The notes beneath the pieces were generated by a model, which saw only the letters and a list, made by a program, of their open reading frames with translations, was not told the origin of the DNA and did not search any database. Positions 18,226-32,025 of a stretch of 64,000 nucleotides of DNA are shown piece by piece; the stretch's first letter is position 1, and each line of letters begins with the position of its first letter. The position numbers and the translations under genes are program-made. This DNA comes from Macrostomum lignano (Eukaryota): the NCBI GenBank assembly GCA_002269645.1, contig NIVC01003602.1, forward strand, positions 24,598-88,597, read 5' to 3'.

Positions 18226-18863
18226 AACAAGTTTATTACACTTGTCTTAGGCGATAATATTCATGAATTTATCCTGAAATGCTGGATTAATTTTTTATTT
18301 TGTACAGAAAGAGATGCCATAATGAATAAGAGTAAAATAATGCATTGTTTTGCTTAAAACTGATTAAAGCATTGAAGCAATTCACAGGCAATCACGCGTG
18401 AATTGTGATTAAAATAGCATGTTTTGACCGGGATATGCCAAATAAAAAGCAGCAATTGAATTTGACTGCAATTATTATCAGACAGAATGCTAATGTACAC
18501 GAATTTTGAGAAGTTCAAAATTTACAACTGACAGACACAGATAACAGCGATAGGGATAGTTTGAGAACAAAGGATTTCACATAAATGCTACAAGTGACGA
18601 GAAACTATGCTACAAACAGAGATTTAGAAACTGTTTAAATTATTTACATAAATATCGATATTTGTTAATAAGTAGCAACACTTGGAACGAAATTTGACAA
18701 CAACAATTTAATTGAAGCTTGAATGTCAAAGATATTGTACTAATAGAGACTTAAGGGATTAAAGATTTGCCATTTACAAGAAATCGATTGCTATTGAATC
18801 CTTTCTAATCTGTGTACAACATAGCAATTTGCCGTAGGTTCGGTCATCAGGTACAAAAAGCAG

Positions 18864-21315
18864 TCAATTTCTAGCATTACTGTTTGCTTGCAGCAAGGTA
18901 CGGCATCGGTTCTGCAGTTTGTTAATCCTCTCAAATACTTTAACAGCTGGGCCCAGTTTCAGGCCGAGACCTGCGAGCACGTCCATTCGCTTCATCAGCA
19001 TCAGAGAGGCGCCATCGATCTCTTGATCGACAAATGCCTGAGCAGCCAGAGGGAAGCCTTCGATAGGAGCCAGGATTTCACTTGGGCGATGGTCCACTTG
19101 CTGGCGTCGAATGGATTCGGGTCGTCTAGAAATACAGGCGACTTCCTGCTGGAGTTGGGAGAGACAAATCAAGCGAATGAAATTAGCTTTTTACCATAGA
19201 AGTTTGAATTAGAAAACTAGATTTAATGGTCTATCTAGTTGGAAGCTTTTACCATAGACACTGGCTAGTTAAGGTGGTTTTACCGCTACCAGGCATTGGC
19301 TAGCTGGGGTGGAGTTTTACCATAGACACTAGCTGACTAACGTCTAGCTGGGGTGGGATTTTACCATAGACACTGGCTGATTAACGTCTAGCTGGGGTGG
19401 GGTTTTACCATAGACCACTGGCAGACTAACGACTAGTTGGGGTGGAGGTTTACCATAGACACTGGCTAGTTAAGGTGATTTTACCATAGACTGGCTAGTT
19501 GGGTGGAATTTTACCATAGACACTGGCTGACTAACGTCTAGTTGGGGTGGGGTTTTACCATAGACATTGGCTGACAAGTCAGAGTCTTTGCAATATAGAC
19601 TGTTGCATAAATTTAGATTTAGGCCCACGGTTTCTACCAAGCGCGTCACTCACCTATTCACCGATCCGTCATCCTCGATCTTCTGACAGGCTGAGCAAAT
19701 CCACTTGGCCTCGCTAGCCGGCTTCTCCGGTATCTTCGGCCGGTGGCAGCTGACGTGGTAGCCCTTGTCGCAGGCGTCACAGATAAGCATCAGCTCCGCG
19801 TCGCCTGGATCGAGGCAGACGCAGCAGGTCTTGCACTCGGAGCACTGCCAAGGCGACTGGCGGGCTCGAGAGGCCAGCTCAACTGAGTAGAGCATGCAGC
19901 TAGGATGGGCCCGGTGGCTGCAGTCGCGGCAGGTTAGCAACTGCTCAGGGACGCCCATTCGATTAGCTCGGCCAGAGGACAAGCAAAAATCGCAGAGTTC
20001 ATCGTCAGACTGCTGCTGATTAAGCTCTTGCTCAATCTCCTGCTCAGAGTCTTCCTGATGTTGCTGCTGCTGCTGCTGGGAACGCTCTTCCAGAGAAGCA
20101 GCAGATGCTTTGGATTGTTTTCGAGTTTTCTCTTTGTTGTGCTTTGACTTGGTCGTAGCCGGCGATTCACTTGGTTGACTTTGGCGTCGCTCCTTCTGCT
20201 CGGTTGGATTTGGCGATCCGGCGGTCGCCGGCTTCTCAGCGACTACGGCGGAAGCGGCGGCTACTGCTGGGGATGCTGAGTCCCTGGCAACGCCTTTGAC
20301 TCGCGAGATGACCACGGTTGGAATTGGTGGTAGGGCCTGCTGCGGTTGCTTAGTGACAGACGAAGGCTGCGATGTCGGAGAGTGCTCAGCAGACTGAGCC
20401 GCTGGCGTGGCCGTAGTGTCTGCCACAGAGACAGACGTGATGCAGTAAGCAGGTGGCGCAGTTTCACTATTAGAGGAGCAATTACTTGAGCTGGAACTCG
20501 CGGTGGAGGCTGGCTGCCGCTGCTGCTGCTGAGGCAAGCAATGGCCAACTGACAAGTCCAGCGGTTCGCACAGGTCCGACTGAGCTGGCTCGCTTGGTCT
20601 CGGCCGCTTAGCCTGGGGCGGGTGAAGCTGCTGCGACTGCTGCTGCTTGTTGCTGTTGCTTGTCTGCTGCTGCTTGTTGTTGCTGCTGCTGCTGCTGCTC
20701 TCCTTGCGCTTTTTGAGCGCCTCCTTATCGCGACGCTTCGATCCGTCCGGGTCGAGAGTGTACCGGCCGGTGGAGACGCGGCACAGTCCGCCAGTGGACG
20801 CCTCGCGTTCGAGCGCCATCTCCAGAGTTTCGCCCTGCAGAGGCTCCGCGCCTGGCGCCGAATCCTCTTCTTCAGACGTCGCCGACGGCAGGCAGCGCAG
20901 ACGATCGGCCACGTCCTGAACGGTGAAGCCGGAGGCGAGCACGTCGGGCTGATCGCTGGCCAGGCTGCCGACTGCGGCCAACAGGCGACGACTGGTGGCG
21001 CTGCTGTTCAACACGCTGCTGATGAGGGAGCCGCGGCGCCATTTTGAAGCATTCCGGTAGGACACGGAGCCTTTGTACTCGACCTTCAGCACCGAGCCGT
21101 CGTCAACTAGACGCTCGAGCAGCTGTACAATGGCCTCCCGTTGGAGACCGTGATGCCGCGTCACCATCGAACAGATCCGATCAATATCTGGCCGGGCCTT
21201 CCGCTCGCGCAGTTTGTCAATGATGGTCAGGATCATTGTGCGGATCGGCTCATCGCCGAGAGCAGCCGCTGCAGCCGCGGCGGCTGCTGCTGCTGCGGCG
21301 GCTTTTTCCGCGGAA

Positions 21316-21351
<36 letters not shown>

Positions 21352-21665
21352 GACGGTGGCGGAGAAGACATCGTTGTGGACGTGACAATGGCGGCTGCGT
21401 GTCCGGGCAGCTGCTGAGCGGCGGCCAGATTGTCCGGACGCTGTTGAACTAGCCGATCAACCGAGTGTCCGATGGAGGACTTGACCGGTGCCGGTGCATG
21501 ACAGATGTTGTTGTTCTCGCCTAGGCTGGCACTGGTATTATTATTAATGGCAGCCTTTGCACCGCCGTGGTGATGATGGAGCTGATGGTGATAGCTAGCC
21601 ACCACCTGCTGCGACGACAGGAAGCCAGGCGGGATGGCCGTCTGCACTGGCAGAGCGCGGGCCAT
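18864..21665 (-). CDS. Chromatin reader: SAMD1/KAT6-type winged helix + second WH/H15-like region + double PHD finger + SAM domain, ~765 aa
   Basis: WH: [29 protein letters not shown]...[15 protein letters not shown] (~21040-21255). DPF: CDFC...LLTCRDC...HPSCM...[12 protein letters not shown]...[15 protein letters not shown]...WICSAC (~19685-20000). SAM: [11 protein letters not shown] / [21 protein letters not shown]...[10 protein letters not shown]. Exons 21665-19654 and 19148-18864 (phase 2); one base missing near 19060. The start codon is uncertain because upstream exons are possible. Confidence 0.85.
19190..19575. repeat. ~41-bp intronic minisatellite (TTTTACCATAGACACTGGCTGACTAACGTCTAGCTGGGGTGGG)
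   Basis: About 9 degenerate copies between the two exons of the SAM gene. Confidence 0.88.
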
Positions 21666-24600
21666 TTGTTCTTTCCGTCTTTTTGAGAACTTTCTTTTAG
21701 GAAGCAAATTGGCTGGTATACACAACCAGACGGGCAAAAGGGAAGCAAGCTTCTTGGTGGGAGATATTTGCGACGCGCAACGCAGTCTGGGTACCGCTGC
21801 TGAGGAGAGCGACAACTTAAAAGCGCGACTGAGTGGGGGGGGTGGAGGAGAGAGAGGAAGGCAGGGCCTCCGGGAAGCAAACAGGGCTTTGTGCGAGAGG
21901 AGGAAAAAAGAGAAAAAAGCCCGACGGAATTGAGGGGGCAGACAGGGCCTTTTTTCTAGTTAAGGCAGGCAGGCAAGGCTTTATTCCGCGGATCGCGGGC
22001 GGGCGCGCTAAACTCGGGCCGGGCCGTCCGTCTTCTCTTCTTTCTGCTTGGTGGCGGGCCGCGTCGGTGCCTCCCTGCGCATAAATAGGGGCCCACCGCC
22101 ACCCCCCACAGCCCCAAGCCTAAGAGAATGAGGGGTCGGAACTGGAAGCGAAGAACTGGGGGGGGGGGGGGGCGGGTGACGCGCTCACTCGGTCCAGATC
22201 GCCCCCGCCGCTCTCCAGTCCGGCCGCCAACCCCGCCTCCCCAAACCAAAGCGGCCTCAGCCAGTGAAACGAGAGGAGAGCCCGCCGCCGCGCCGGGCCG
22301 CTCTCCAGAGCCTGTTTCGCGGGCCTTTGCCACCTTCCCACTCACCCCCCCCCCACACGCAGCAGACTAAGGCCAAGGCCCGGTCCGCTTTTGCCCGGCG
22401 GCGGCGGAGGAGTGGGGCAGGGGTTGGGCCGCGGGTTTATGGCCCTGGGGCGCGCTGGGCCGTGCCGCTGACGCGGTCTTGGCTTCTATGCTTCGCTTCG
22501 CCTCCTCTCCTAGTTCTCCCGCGCTCCTGGGGCCGTGGAGCCGCCCCGCCGCCTGCAGCCCCTCAAGGCCAAAGCCGAAAAAAACTGGAAGAGAGCGCAG
22601 CGCGCTCAGCGTCACCGCCAGCCAGAGCCAGACAGAATGCTCCGGAAGAGAGCTCTCTTTCAAATCCCGCCCCAATGCGAAATAAGTCAAACAGGGATGG
22701 TGCGGCCTTGAAGACAAAATAGACTTCTGATGATTGCCTAAAAATTAATAAGCTCCCCAGATTTCCTACTGATAAAAGTGGCACAGACAGACGAGTCATT
22801 GACAGGCTGAAATCCCCGGGATTTTTCCGGGGATCGAATTCTTAAACTGGACTCTACACAAGACGCCGCTTACTCTACAGCTCTCGCGGCACCACCCCTG
22901 CAACCGAAAGAAGGACCTCCGTCGATGCTCGATGCAGCCGGTCAGTCATCCACCCGAAACCCCTCTGTCTCTCTCACTCACTGCGCCAGACACTCGTTCG
23001 TCCTAATGAATTCTCCACTGCGCCGGCTCCTATCCTCGTGCGTCAGCCCCCGCCTTGCCCGCGTTGCCTGTCTCTCGGTTGCCCTTGCCTGCCCGCCTCT
23101 CCCACCTCTTCTTTGCTCTTTCTCTTCAGTGTCGCGGCTGCTGCGGCCGCTGGCCTCGCCTGCCTAGACGCGCGCTCAACCCGGTTCTTCCTTCCTCTTC
23201 CTCTCTCTTTCTCTTTCTCTCAGCCGGCAGGCGGCCCAGCCATCGAGGGGGGGGGGGAGTTGAGCTAAGTAGCCCGAGAGCCTATATAGGTATAAGGTGG
23301 ATAGGCGGGCCGTCCCCCGCCCCACCTTTTTCTCTCTTTTTTCTTGCCAGCCATGAGCCTCAAATCCGCCGATGCGAGTCGCCGCAAGGCCGCCCCCCCC
23401 CCTGGGGTCTATTCATCTTTTCCCCTATATATCTATCTATATTGCTCATCCCTTATACCTGTATAGATTCCTCATTTTTTTCCACATCCTGCCAGCAGGA
23501 GCAGAATCTGAGCTGAGCCGAGCCTATAGCTATAGCTAGTCCCTAGTCCGCGCCACTTCCCCGTTTCCTCACCCCTCTCTATCCTCCCCCCTCCCCCTCG
23601 TCGATTCTTGATCCCCATTTTCCCAACCGCGAGCGCGCGGGTGCGAACGGAGCGCTCACGGGGATCAAGAGGCGAGGCGGGAAATCGTTCCTATAGAAAA
23701 GTTGCAAATCTCTCATCCTAGTCCTCTACCTGCCGCCTTCCACCCACCTAATCATTCGAACAATCTGCATCCTGTTCTGTTTCTGCTCCGTTTATAAGGA
23801 ATTGGGAAAGTAAATAAGGCTTCATTGCAGCAAAGGCTATTTGGTTATGCGTGTCTCTACTCCATATGCGTTATGGAGATCTCTCACTTAGATCTCTGAG
23901 ATGAGACTAGCTTAGCTAATAGAAAGAAGATTCCATTTCGTCAAACATGTGGCATGAAGACCCGGAAACTGACTGACTGGCTGTCTGCTTTTCTTTTATG
24001 TCTGTTTGTCCTGACAGACAGTCAATTGCAGCTCATCTGTGGCTGTGTGTCGCTTCTCAATTTTCAAGGTCAGACATCAAAATTGGGCGCCACTTTGAAG
24101 ACTGAGCGTCATTTTGATGCTTTCGGGTCATTTTGAAGAATAAGCGCCACTTTGATGATGGCGAACACCATTTTGAAGATTAAGTGCTGCCAAAATAGGT
24201 GCATAATGTCACTTGGATGATTGAGCGCCAAAATCGACACAGTGGCGCAACTTTACTATACTGATTGGGCGCCAAGATTGGAGCCTAAAGTGGGGTGCCC
24301 GATAGACCAAAGGCAACCCCCCTCGGGCCATCACGGCCCCAACACATGGCATCCAAAGTTCCCAACCTAACTAACTAAGCTGCTCCGCCTTAATTTCGGG
24401 TTTGTTGAATGGCAGCGGGGCGGTCAGGAGAGAGGAGTGGCGGAGAAGAGGAGGGGAGGGGAAAGAGCGAGAGAGCGAGGGCGCGCGCAAGTGGCGCTTA
24501 GATTGCGCTGCTGGGCCTAGGGGAGTTGAGGGGAAGAGACTGCTTCTTCATGATGGCTGCTATGGGAAATGGCCACATGCGTGTGGGGCCCCCAGTTGGG

Positions 24601-25044
24601 CTGGGTCTGCCTCCCTTCTTCTTCCGTTCCTCGCAGTTTTAGGGGGTTAAGTAAGTCCCATCATACTCAACTCCGTTTAGTCCTGGCCTTGGGCGCAGCT
24701 GCATATGAGCGCTCCTTCTTCAGTGCTTTTCCGGCCCAGTGACTGCCGCTGCGAGGGGTGAGATGGGGGGTGGGGGTTGGGTTCGGACTGCAGGGTTGGG
24801 GAGGAAGAGGAGGCGCTGTGGTGGGAGAATTAGCGCTCGCCCGCGCCCGCAGAAAGACTCCCGAGTTGTGACGGGAGCAGGTTGGGTCTGGGTGATTGAG
24901 AGAGACTGGCTCGCTCACTGCTGTGTTGACTCTTGGCTGTCATCTTAGACGCGCGCAACTCCTGCTCGTCAGACTGGACAGACTCTGGCTCATTCATTTT
25001 CCTCATTTCATTCTCCATGCCGTTGCTTAGTTAGCATTCGAGGG

Positions 25045-26252
25045 GCCGGAATGAGTGTTTGGGAGAGCTGGAACTGGAATGAGTGTTTGGGAGAGATGGA
25101 ATAAGTGTTTGGGAGAGATGGAATGAGTGTTTAGGAGAGATGGAATAAGTGTTTGGGAGAGATGGAATGAGTGTTTAGGAGAGATGGAATAAGTGTATGG
25201 GAGAGATGGAATAAGTGTTTAGGAGAGATGGTATGAGTGTTTGGGAGAGATGGAACTGGAATAAGTGTTTGGGAGAGATGGAATAAGTGTTTGGGAGAGA
25301 TGGAATGAGTGTTTAGGAGAGATGGAATAAGTGTTTGGGAGAGATGGAATGAGTGTTTAGGAGAGATGGAATAAGTGTTTGGGAGAGATGGAATAAGTGT
25401 TTAGGAGAGATGGTATGAGTGTTTGGGAGAGATGGAACTGGAATAAGTGTTTGGGAGAGATGGAATAAGTGTTTAGGAGAGATGGAATGAGTGTTTAGGA
25501 GAGATGGAATGAGTGTTTGGGAGAGATGGAATAAGTGTTTGGGAGAGATGGAATAAGTGTTTAGGAGAGATGGAATGAGTGGGAGAGATGGAATAAGTGT
25601 TTAGGAGAGATGGAATGAGTGTTTAGGAGAGATGGAATGAGTGTTTGGGAGAGATGGAATGAGTGTTTGGGTGAGCTGGAATAAGTGTTTAGGAGAGATG
25701 GAATGAGTGTTTAGGAGAGTTGGAATGAGTGTTTAGGACAGTTGGAATGAGTGTTTAGGACAGTTGGAATGAGTGTTTAGGAGAGCTGGAATGAGTGTTT
25801 AGGAGAGTTGGAATGAGTGTTTAGGAGAGTTGGAATGAGTGTTTAGGACAGTTGGAATGAGTGTTTAGGAGAGCTGGAATGAGTGTTTGAGTGAGCTGGA
25901 AAGAGTGTTTAGGAGAGCTGGAATGAGTGTTTAGGAGAGTTGGAATGAGTGTTTAGGACAGTTGGAATTAGTGTTTAGGAGAGCTGGAATGAGTGTTTGA
26001 GTGAGCTGGAATGAGTGTTTAGGAGAGCTGGAATGAGGGTTTAGGAGAGATGGAATGAGTGTTTGAGTGAGCTGGAATGAGTGTTTAGGAGAGCTGGAAT
26101 GAGGGTTTAGGAGAGATGGAATGAGTGTTTGAGTGAGCTGGAATGAGTGTTTAGGAGAGATGGAATGAGTGTTTGAGTGAGCTGGAATGAGTGTTTATGA
26201 GAGCTGGAATGAGTGTTTAGGAGAGATGGAATGGGTGTTTGAGTGAGCTGTG
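25045..26252. repeat. ~22-bp minisatellite (GGAATGAGTGTTTAGGAGAGAT)
   Basis: More than 50 copies with a gradient of variants. Confidence 0.95.
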
Positions 26253-26994
26253 ATAAATTTTCTCAGTTGGAAAAAGTCAAGAAATTCTTATCTAAAAATG
26301 TTTACGAGACTCGTATATTGTTCAAGCTGATTGAAAAACTTGCAAAAACCCGGACGCTCAAAAATGGCTTGTTGAATTTGAGCTCATTTTATTATGAGTA
26401 TTGCATTGCGGATTAGCACTCGGGCATCGTGCGTCTCGCAACTGCCACCTTCGACCATCTCCCCTCAAAACCCCTGGAGGGTCCTGTCAGTCTGAACACC
26501 CCCCGCGCGGCCACTTGAAAGCGTGAAGAGGAGGATCTGGTCAAAGCGCGCGATGTGACACAACGACGTTGATGACTCAACGAAAGAGAGAGAAAGAGAG
26601 AGAGAGAGAGAAAGCGAGCGAATTTCCCGCTGGCGAGGGCGGCCACTCGTCACCTGCATCGGGTTTGGCTTGTCTCGCGCGGTCCTGACATGCCAAGACC
26701 AGCTGGGCTGGGGGGGGGGGCTTGCCCTTAAACCTCTATCTAAGCCTGAGGCTTATCCACTCAGTTTATTTTGCTTTCATTCATACTTATTATATGCAGA
26801 CAGTATGGGCGCAAAATGAGTGCCCAAGCTGGCTGTTAAAGTGAACTGAAAGCGAAAGTTATAATTAACTGACTCCGGTTGCGTTTAAAACAGATCGATC
26901 GCTTTCTTTCCGACAGGGTACATCGTATTATTCAGGCAGGTTTGCTAACTCGGCGCCTTCCATAAATAACATTTGGCAACCGTGCACTAATCAG

Positions 26995-27478
26995 TAGCGC
27001 TCTTGATAACAACCTGAGGCGCCATTGATAACAACCTGAGGCGCCATTGATAACAACCTGAAGCGCCATTGATAACAACCTGAGGCGCCATTGATAACAA
27101 CCTGAGGCGATATTGATAACCACCTGCGGTGCCATTGATAACAACCTGAGGCGCCATTGATAACAACCTGAGGCGCCATTGATAACAACCTGAGGCGCCA
27201 TTGATAACAACCTGAAGCGCCATTGATAACAACCTGAGGCGCCATTGATAACAACCTGAGGCGATATTGATAACCACCTGCGGTGCCATTGATAACAACC
27301 TGAGGCGCCATTGATAACAACCTGAGGCGCCATTGATAACAACTTGAGGCGCCATTGATAACAACCTGAGGCGCCATTGATAACAACCTGAGGCGCCATT
27401 GATAACAACCTGAGGCGCCATTGATAACAACCTGAGGCGCCATTGATAACAACTTGAGGCGCCATTGATAACAACAAC
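26995..27478. repeat. 22-bp minisatellite (GAGGCGCCATTGATAACAACCT)
   Basis: About 22 copies; the ORF period of 22 aa equals 3 units. Confidence 0.96.
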
Positions 27479-27754
27479 TCAGTACTCTGCAGCTATCATA
27501 ACTTGAGCTCTGATCTTAAGCGAGCTTATCTCACTAGCAAATCAAACGATTTTTGAAAAGTTTCTTCTAGCTAGACTACTCGTAGGAATGCCATTTTTCC
27601 CCATTCACCCGTTTGGGACTTGACCCCCGGAATCCGCCCCATTTAGTTCTCAAACCCCGGGTTTTTCCCGTCGCTGGGTTTTGACCACCGGAATTCATTC
27701 CCACTGGGTCTTGACCACTGGAATCTGCCTCTGAAAAGTCTGACATGACAGGAA

Positions 27755-27780
27755 AGAGATAGAAAGAGGTAGAGAGAGAG

Positions 27781-27873
<93 letters not shown>

Positions 27874-27901
27874 GAGAGAGGGATAGAGAGAGAGAGAGAG
27901 C

Positions 27902-27995
<94 letters not shown>

Positions 27996-28022
27996 GGATA
28001 GAGAGAGAGAGAGAGAGCGAGG

Positions 28023-28055
<33 letters not shown>

Positions 28056-28084
28056 GGATAGAGAGAGAGAGAGAGAGAGCGAGG

Positions 28085-28174
<90 letters not shown>

Positions 28175-28195
28175 GGGAGTGAGAGAGAGAGGGGA
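27755..28195. repeat. (AG)n microsatellite; a second short tract at 28824-28890
   Basis: Directly visible. Confidence 0.97.
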
Positions 28196-28821
28196 CAAAG
28201 CTTCAATTGGCTTCGATGGGGGCGCATAGCAAAGGAGAATGAGCTGGAGGAGAAGAAAGACGAGGGGAAAAAGAGCGAACGAAGGGTTGAAGTTGAGACT
28301 GGAAGCGGGCAGGCTCAGAGATTAGCCTCAAGTATTTGGGGTTGATTTCGGGTGTCCCAGGGGTGCCGTCTGTTATCCCCAAGCCGGACCACACCGCCTT
28401 TTGCCCCCGCCCTGGGTCCATCAGCGCAACTAAGCAACCATGCACCTACCTAACCTTCCCACCCAATTCCGCTCCCCGATTTCTTCCCCAGTTCCCCAAT
28501 CTCTTTCTCCGCTATCTGCCTTTCCTTCTTGTCATAACGTGTGTCGGACACGTTACAGCAGTCGCGCGCTTTCAGTCCAGTCTCCGAGTCGAGCGCGAGG
28601 TTCCGTCATCATCATCTCTTTCAAATCCCTTCCTCGTTTTCTGTCCTGTCATTTATGTTTTGATTGCGCCCCAAGTCTTTATTTTTTAATGTCCCCATCT
28701 CCTCCCCTCTCAAGTTCACAGAAATTAGAAAGCCGAAAGCAGAAAGAAGAAGAAAGCGGCGGCCTCACAAAGCAGTAACAGGCGCTGCAGCAGCAGCAGC
28801 GGAGGTGACGCGAAGCGCAAT

Positions 28822-28892
<71 letters not shown>

Positions 28893-31800
28893 GGTCGCGC
28901 TTCACAACCCGACTAGCCCAGCCATAGAGAAGGGTTGAGGATGCGTGTGGGCCCCGCAAGGCTGGGTGGGAATCGGGAAAGGCGGCTAGGGTTTGGGGTG
29001 GCGGATTTAGCCTCTCGGATTCCCGCACCGGTGGCTGCGGCAGCAGACGGGAGGTGACGGGGGAAGGGGGGGGGGTTGGAGCTGCGCGGCGCGGGCCAAG
29101 CAAGCAGGCAGGCAGGCAGGCAGGCAGGCGGGCAGGCCGTCAGAATTAATGGGCCGATCGAGCAGTTGCGGACGCGGCGGCGGCGGACCCAAGCGAGAGA
29201 AAAAAAAGCGAGAGGGACAAGTCGGGGCCGTTGGGGGCGGGGACTGGGATAGGCAGGGCAGGCTGACTGCCTGGCTGGCGGCCGAGGCGAAGGGCCGGGC
29301 AGCGGGGCGGGAATTTGGCGCGCCATCGAGATTAGAGCGAAAGACGGCTTGAGGCTTAGGGGAGGGCAGATTGGGATTCTGGCCTGGCAGGAGAGCGCAG
29401 CGTCTGCACCCCCCCCCCTGTGCGCCTTATCCACCGACCCGACGGGCCACCCACTCCAGATCCCCTTCAACTGCCCCCGGCCCTGAGGGCTCCCACACAA
29501 AGCAGCCTCTCCTCCCGAGTCCCGCCCCACCCAGAAAGATTTTGACGCGACCGCGCATAATTTGCGACTGGCTGACTTTGCGACTGGCAGAGAAAGAGAG
29601 AAATGACTTCTCGAAGCGGCGTTGGAGAACTGAGCGCCAAATTGTCGGTCAAGTCTCATTGGTGGTGATGGAACCCCGTTTCAATTTGACAAGCTCATGG
29701 CCTTTTCTCGCCTTAGCAAATCATTTATTGGTAAATTTCGAACGATTCTCCAGCGAGACGATCTGTGGTGACGTGTTCAAGTTTAATAGGCTGGCAACGC
29801 GCTTCGAGTGTTTTTTTTGGGTGTATTAATTTAACTTCTGCTTACACACGGTGGCCTCCGAGTCCCAGAGCAGTGAGGAGGCCTGGAGACGGTGGGGTAG
29901 GGGGAAGATCAGATCAGGCCCAGCGGGGGATGAGGGAGGATGGGATTGAGAGCGGATCTCCAAGGCCAGTGGGTCGAGTGTCTGCCTGTGTGGCGGGAGG
30001 GTTGGCGGCAGCAGCTGCTGCATGCGGGCTTCCGAGCGGGCGCGGCCGACTCTGCGGGGAGCAGCTGCGAAGCCCCGGCCACCGGCCCGACCTCTCGCAG
30101 TCGCTGAAGCAGCAAAGCATGGCAAAACCGGCAGTGACTGACTGACTGGCTGTAGGGGAAGGGGGCTGGCTAGATGGATTGGCGGCTCGAGTCCGTTGGC
30201 CACTCGCTGCGCAGAAACGAGCGCTCGCGACTGGCGCGCACACACCACAAGCAATGGTTTGCTTTAGCTCTAGCTAATCCCGCAGCCCGGCCGCGCTTCT
30301 GGCTCAATTCATTCATTCAACCTGTGATGTGGCGAGTGGCGAGCGAGCTAGCATGAGTGTGTGTGTGCGTGTGTGTGAGCGAGCGCCTGTGTCTGGCAGG
30401 CAGCCCTGCTAAGCCCCCACGGCAGACGCAGAAGAAAGAAAGAAGGAAATAAACGGAAGGCAAGGCGGGACGCCGGAGAACAAGAAACGGCCGGAGCCGC
30501 GAGCTCTGGAGAGAGAGAGAGAGGATGACGCAGTCCCTCAGTCTGTCCTGCAGCTCCCTGCCCCAGCCTCCGCCTCATCACTAATTTATGGCAGCGGGTC
30601 TCAACGCGCTCAGCGACTCGAACAGAGAGAGAGAGAGATCTAGAGGGGGAGAGAGAGGGCGGAAACTCAATCAATCCCGCCTCTGCCGCCGCTACTGAAG
30701 TCAGCGCGCAATCTTCTGACTTCCTCGCTCTCTTTTTCCCCTTTCATTGTTCCCAAATCTTTGCATGTCTGTTGGTTACTCTGTTTCTGGCAGAGAGAGA
30801 GAGAAATGTGTAAAAGCGATCGGATTTAGCAAAATGCCTAGTGTGAATCGCTCTCACTTGCAATATAGGAGAGGATTGAACGGCCAGAATTTACTCAGAG
30901 TAAGGCAAGCCCCAGGTTAAAGAGGAAAGGAGACACGCAAGCAGCTGCGCTTTGGTTTCGGCCTGCCCAATCTGCTCTCCTTAGTAGCTAAGCTATCCCT
31001 TCCTCTTCCGCACCAAGTAGCGCGCGCGCGTGGCCGCGGCCGGTCGCATCCCAGCGAGTCTCTGCAGCCTCCTTCCTCATCTAAAACATGCCCCCAATCT
31101 GCGCTCCCCCCGAGCGCTTTGTAAATCCCCTCTGCGTCTCAGCTCAGAGGAGAGAAGGCTTGAGGACGAACCCGTTGTTGGGCCAGGAGAAGTCTTCCTC
31201 TTCGTTCCTTATATTTTTTATCCCGCGGCAGCGGCAACGGCAGCGGCGGCGGCTGCGGCCACGGCGGGGTCGGCATGCGGGCCAGAGTCTCTTCTTCTCC
31301 ATCATCTCGCCAGGGGGCGGGTGGATGGATGGGCCCCGCTTGCATATAGCCAGGGGTGACGGTTGCGGCGAAAGTAGGGACGGGGAGAAAAGAGAAGAGC
31401 ACAAGAGAGAAGGCATGGAGCGAGAGAGCCAGAGGGAGGAGGCAGGCAGGCAGGCAGCGAGGCAATTTTCAAGGAAGTGGAAGCGCGCCGAAAGACAGAC
31501 AGGCCGCGAAAGGGGGCGGGCGGGCGGCAGGGGAAACGCGACAGGACAGCAGCGGCAGCGGCAGCAGCAGTCGGTGAGAGGGGCAGGCGGGCAAGCAAGC
31601 AAAAGTAAAGAGAGCGCCAGTGCCGTGAGGCATGCAGCACAGCTGGAGGCAGGATATAGGAGCAATTGACCCGCGCAGACGCAATAGGGACTGGGGGGCT
31701 GCGAGAGCGCATCGCATGCGGCCGAGAGGAGGCCGACCACTTCTTCTGCAAGGCCAAGTGGATTCTTTAGGGCGCGCGAGCGGGCGGGAGAGCGAGAGAG

Positions 31801-32025
31801 GAAGAGGAGAGGAGAGTGGCAGGAGACAGTCGCCCCCCCCCCGCTTCGGTGTGTGAGCACTCCGCTCTATGCCTATGCCTACTGTCTGCGTGTGCCGTGT
31901 GCTCTGCCGTTTGATGACGTCGTTCAAAAATTGCAGAAACCCATTATTATTGAAATTTTTACTTTGATTTTTGTAAACCAGCGAATGTCTGTGCTATCAG
32001 TTACTTTCCTTTTTTAGTAGTATAG

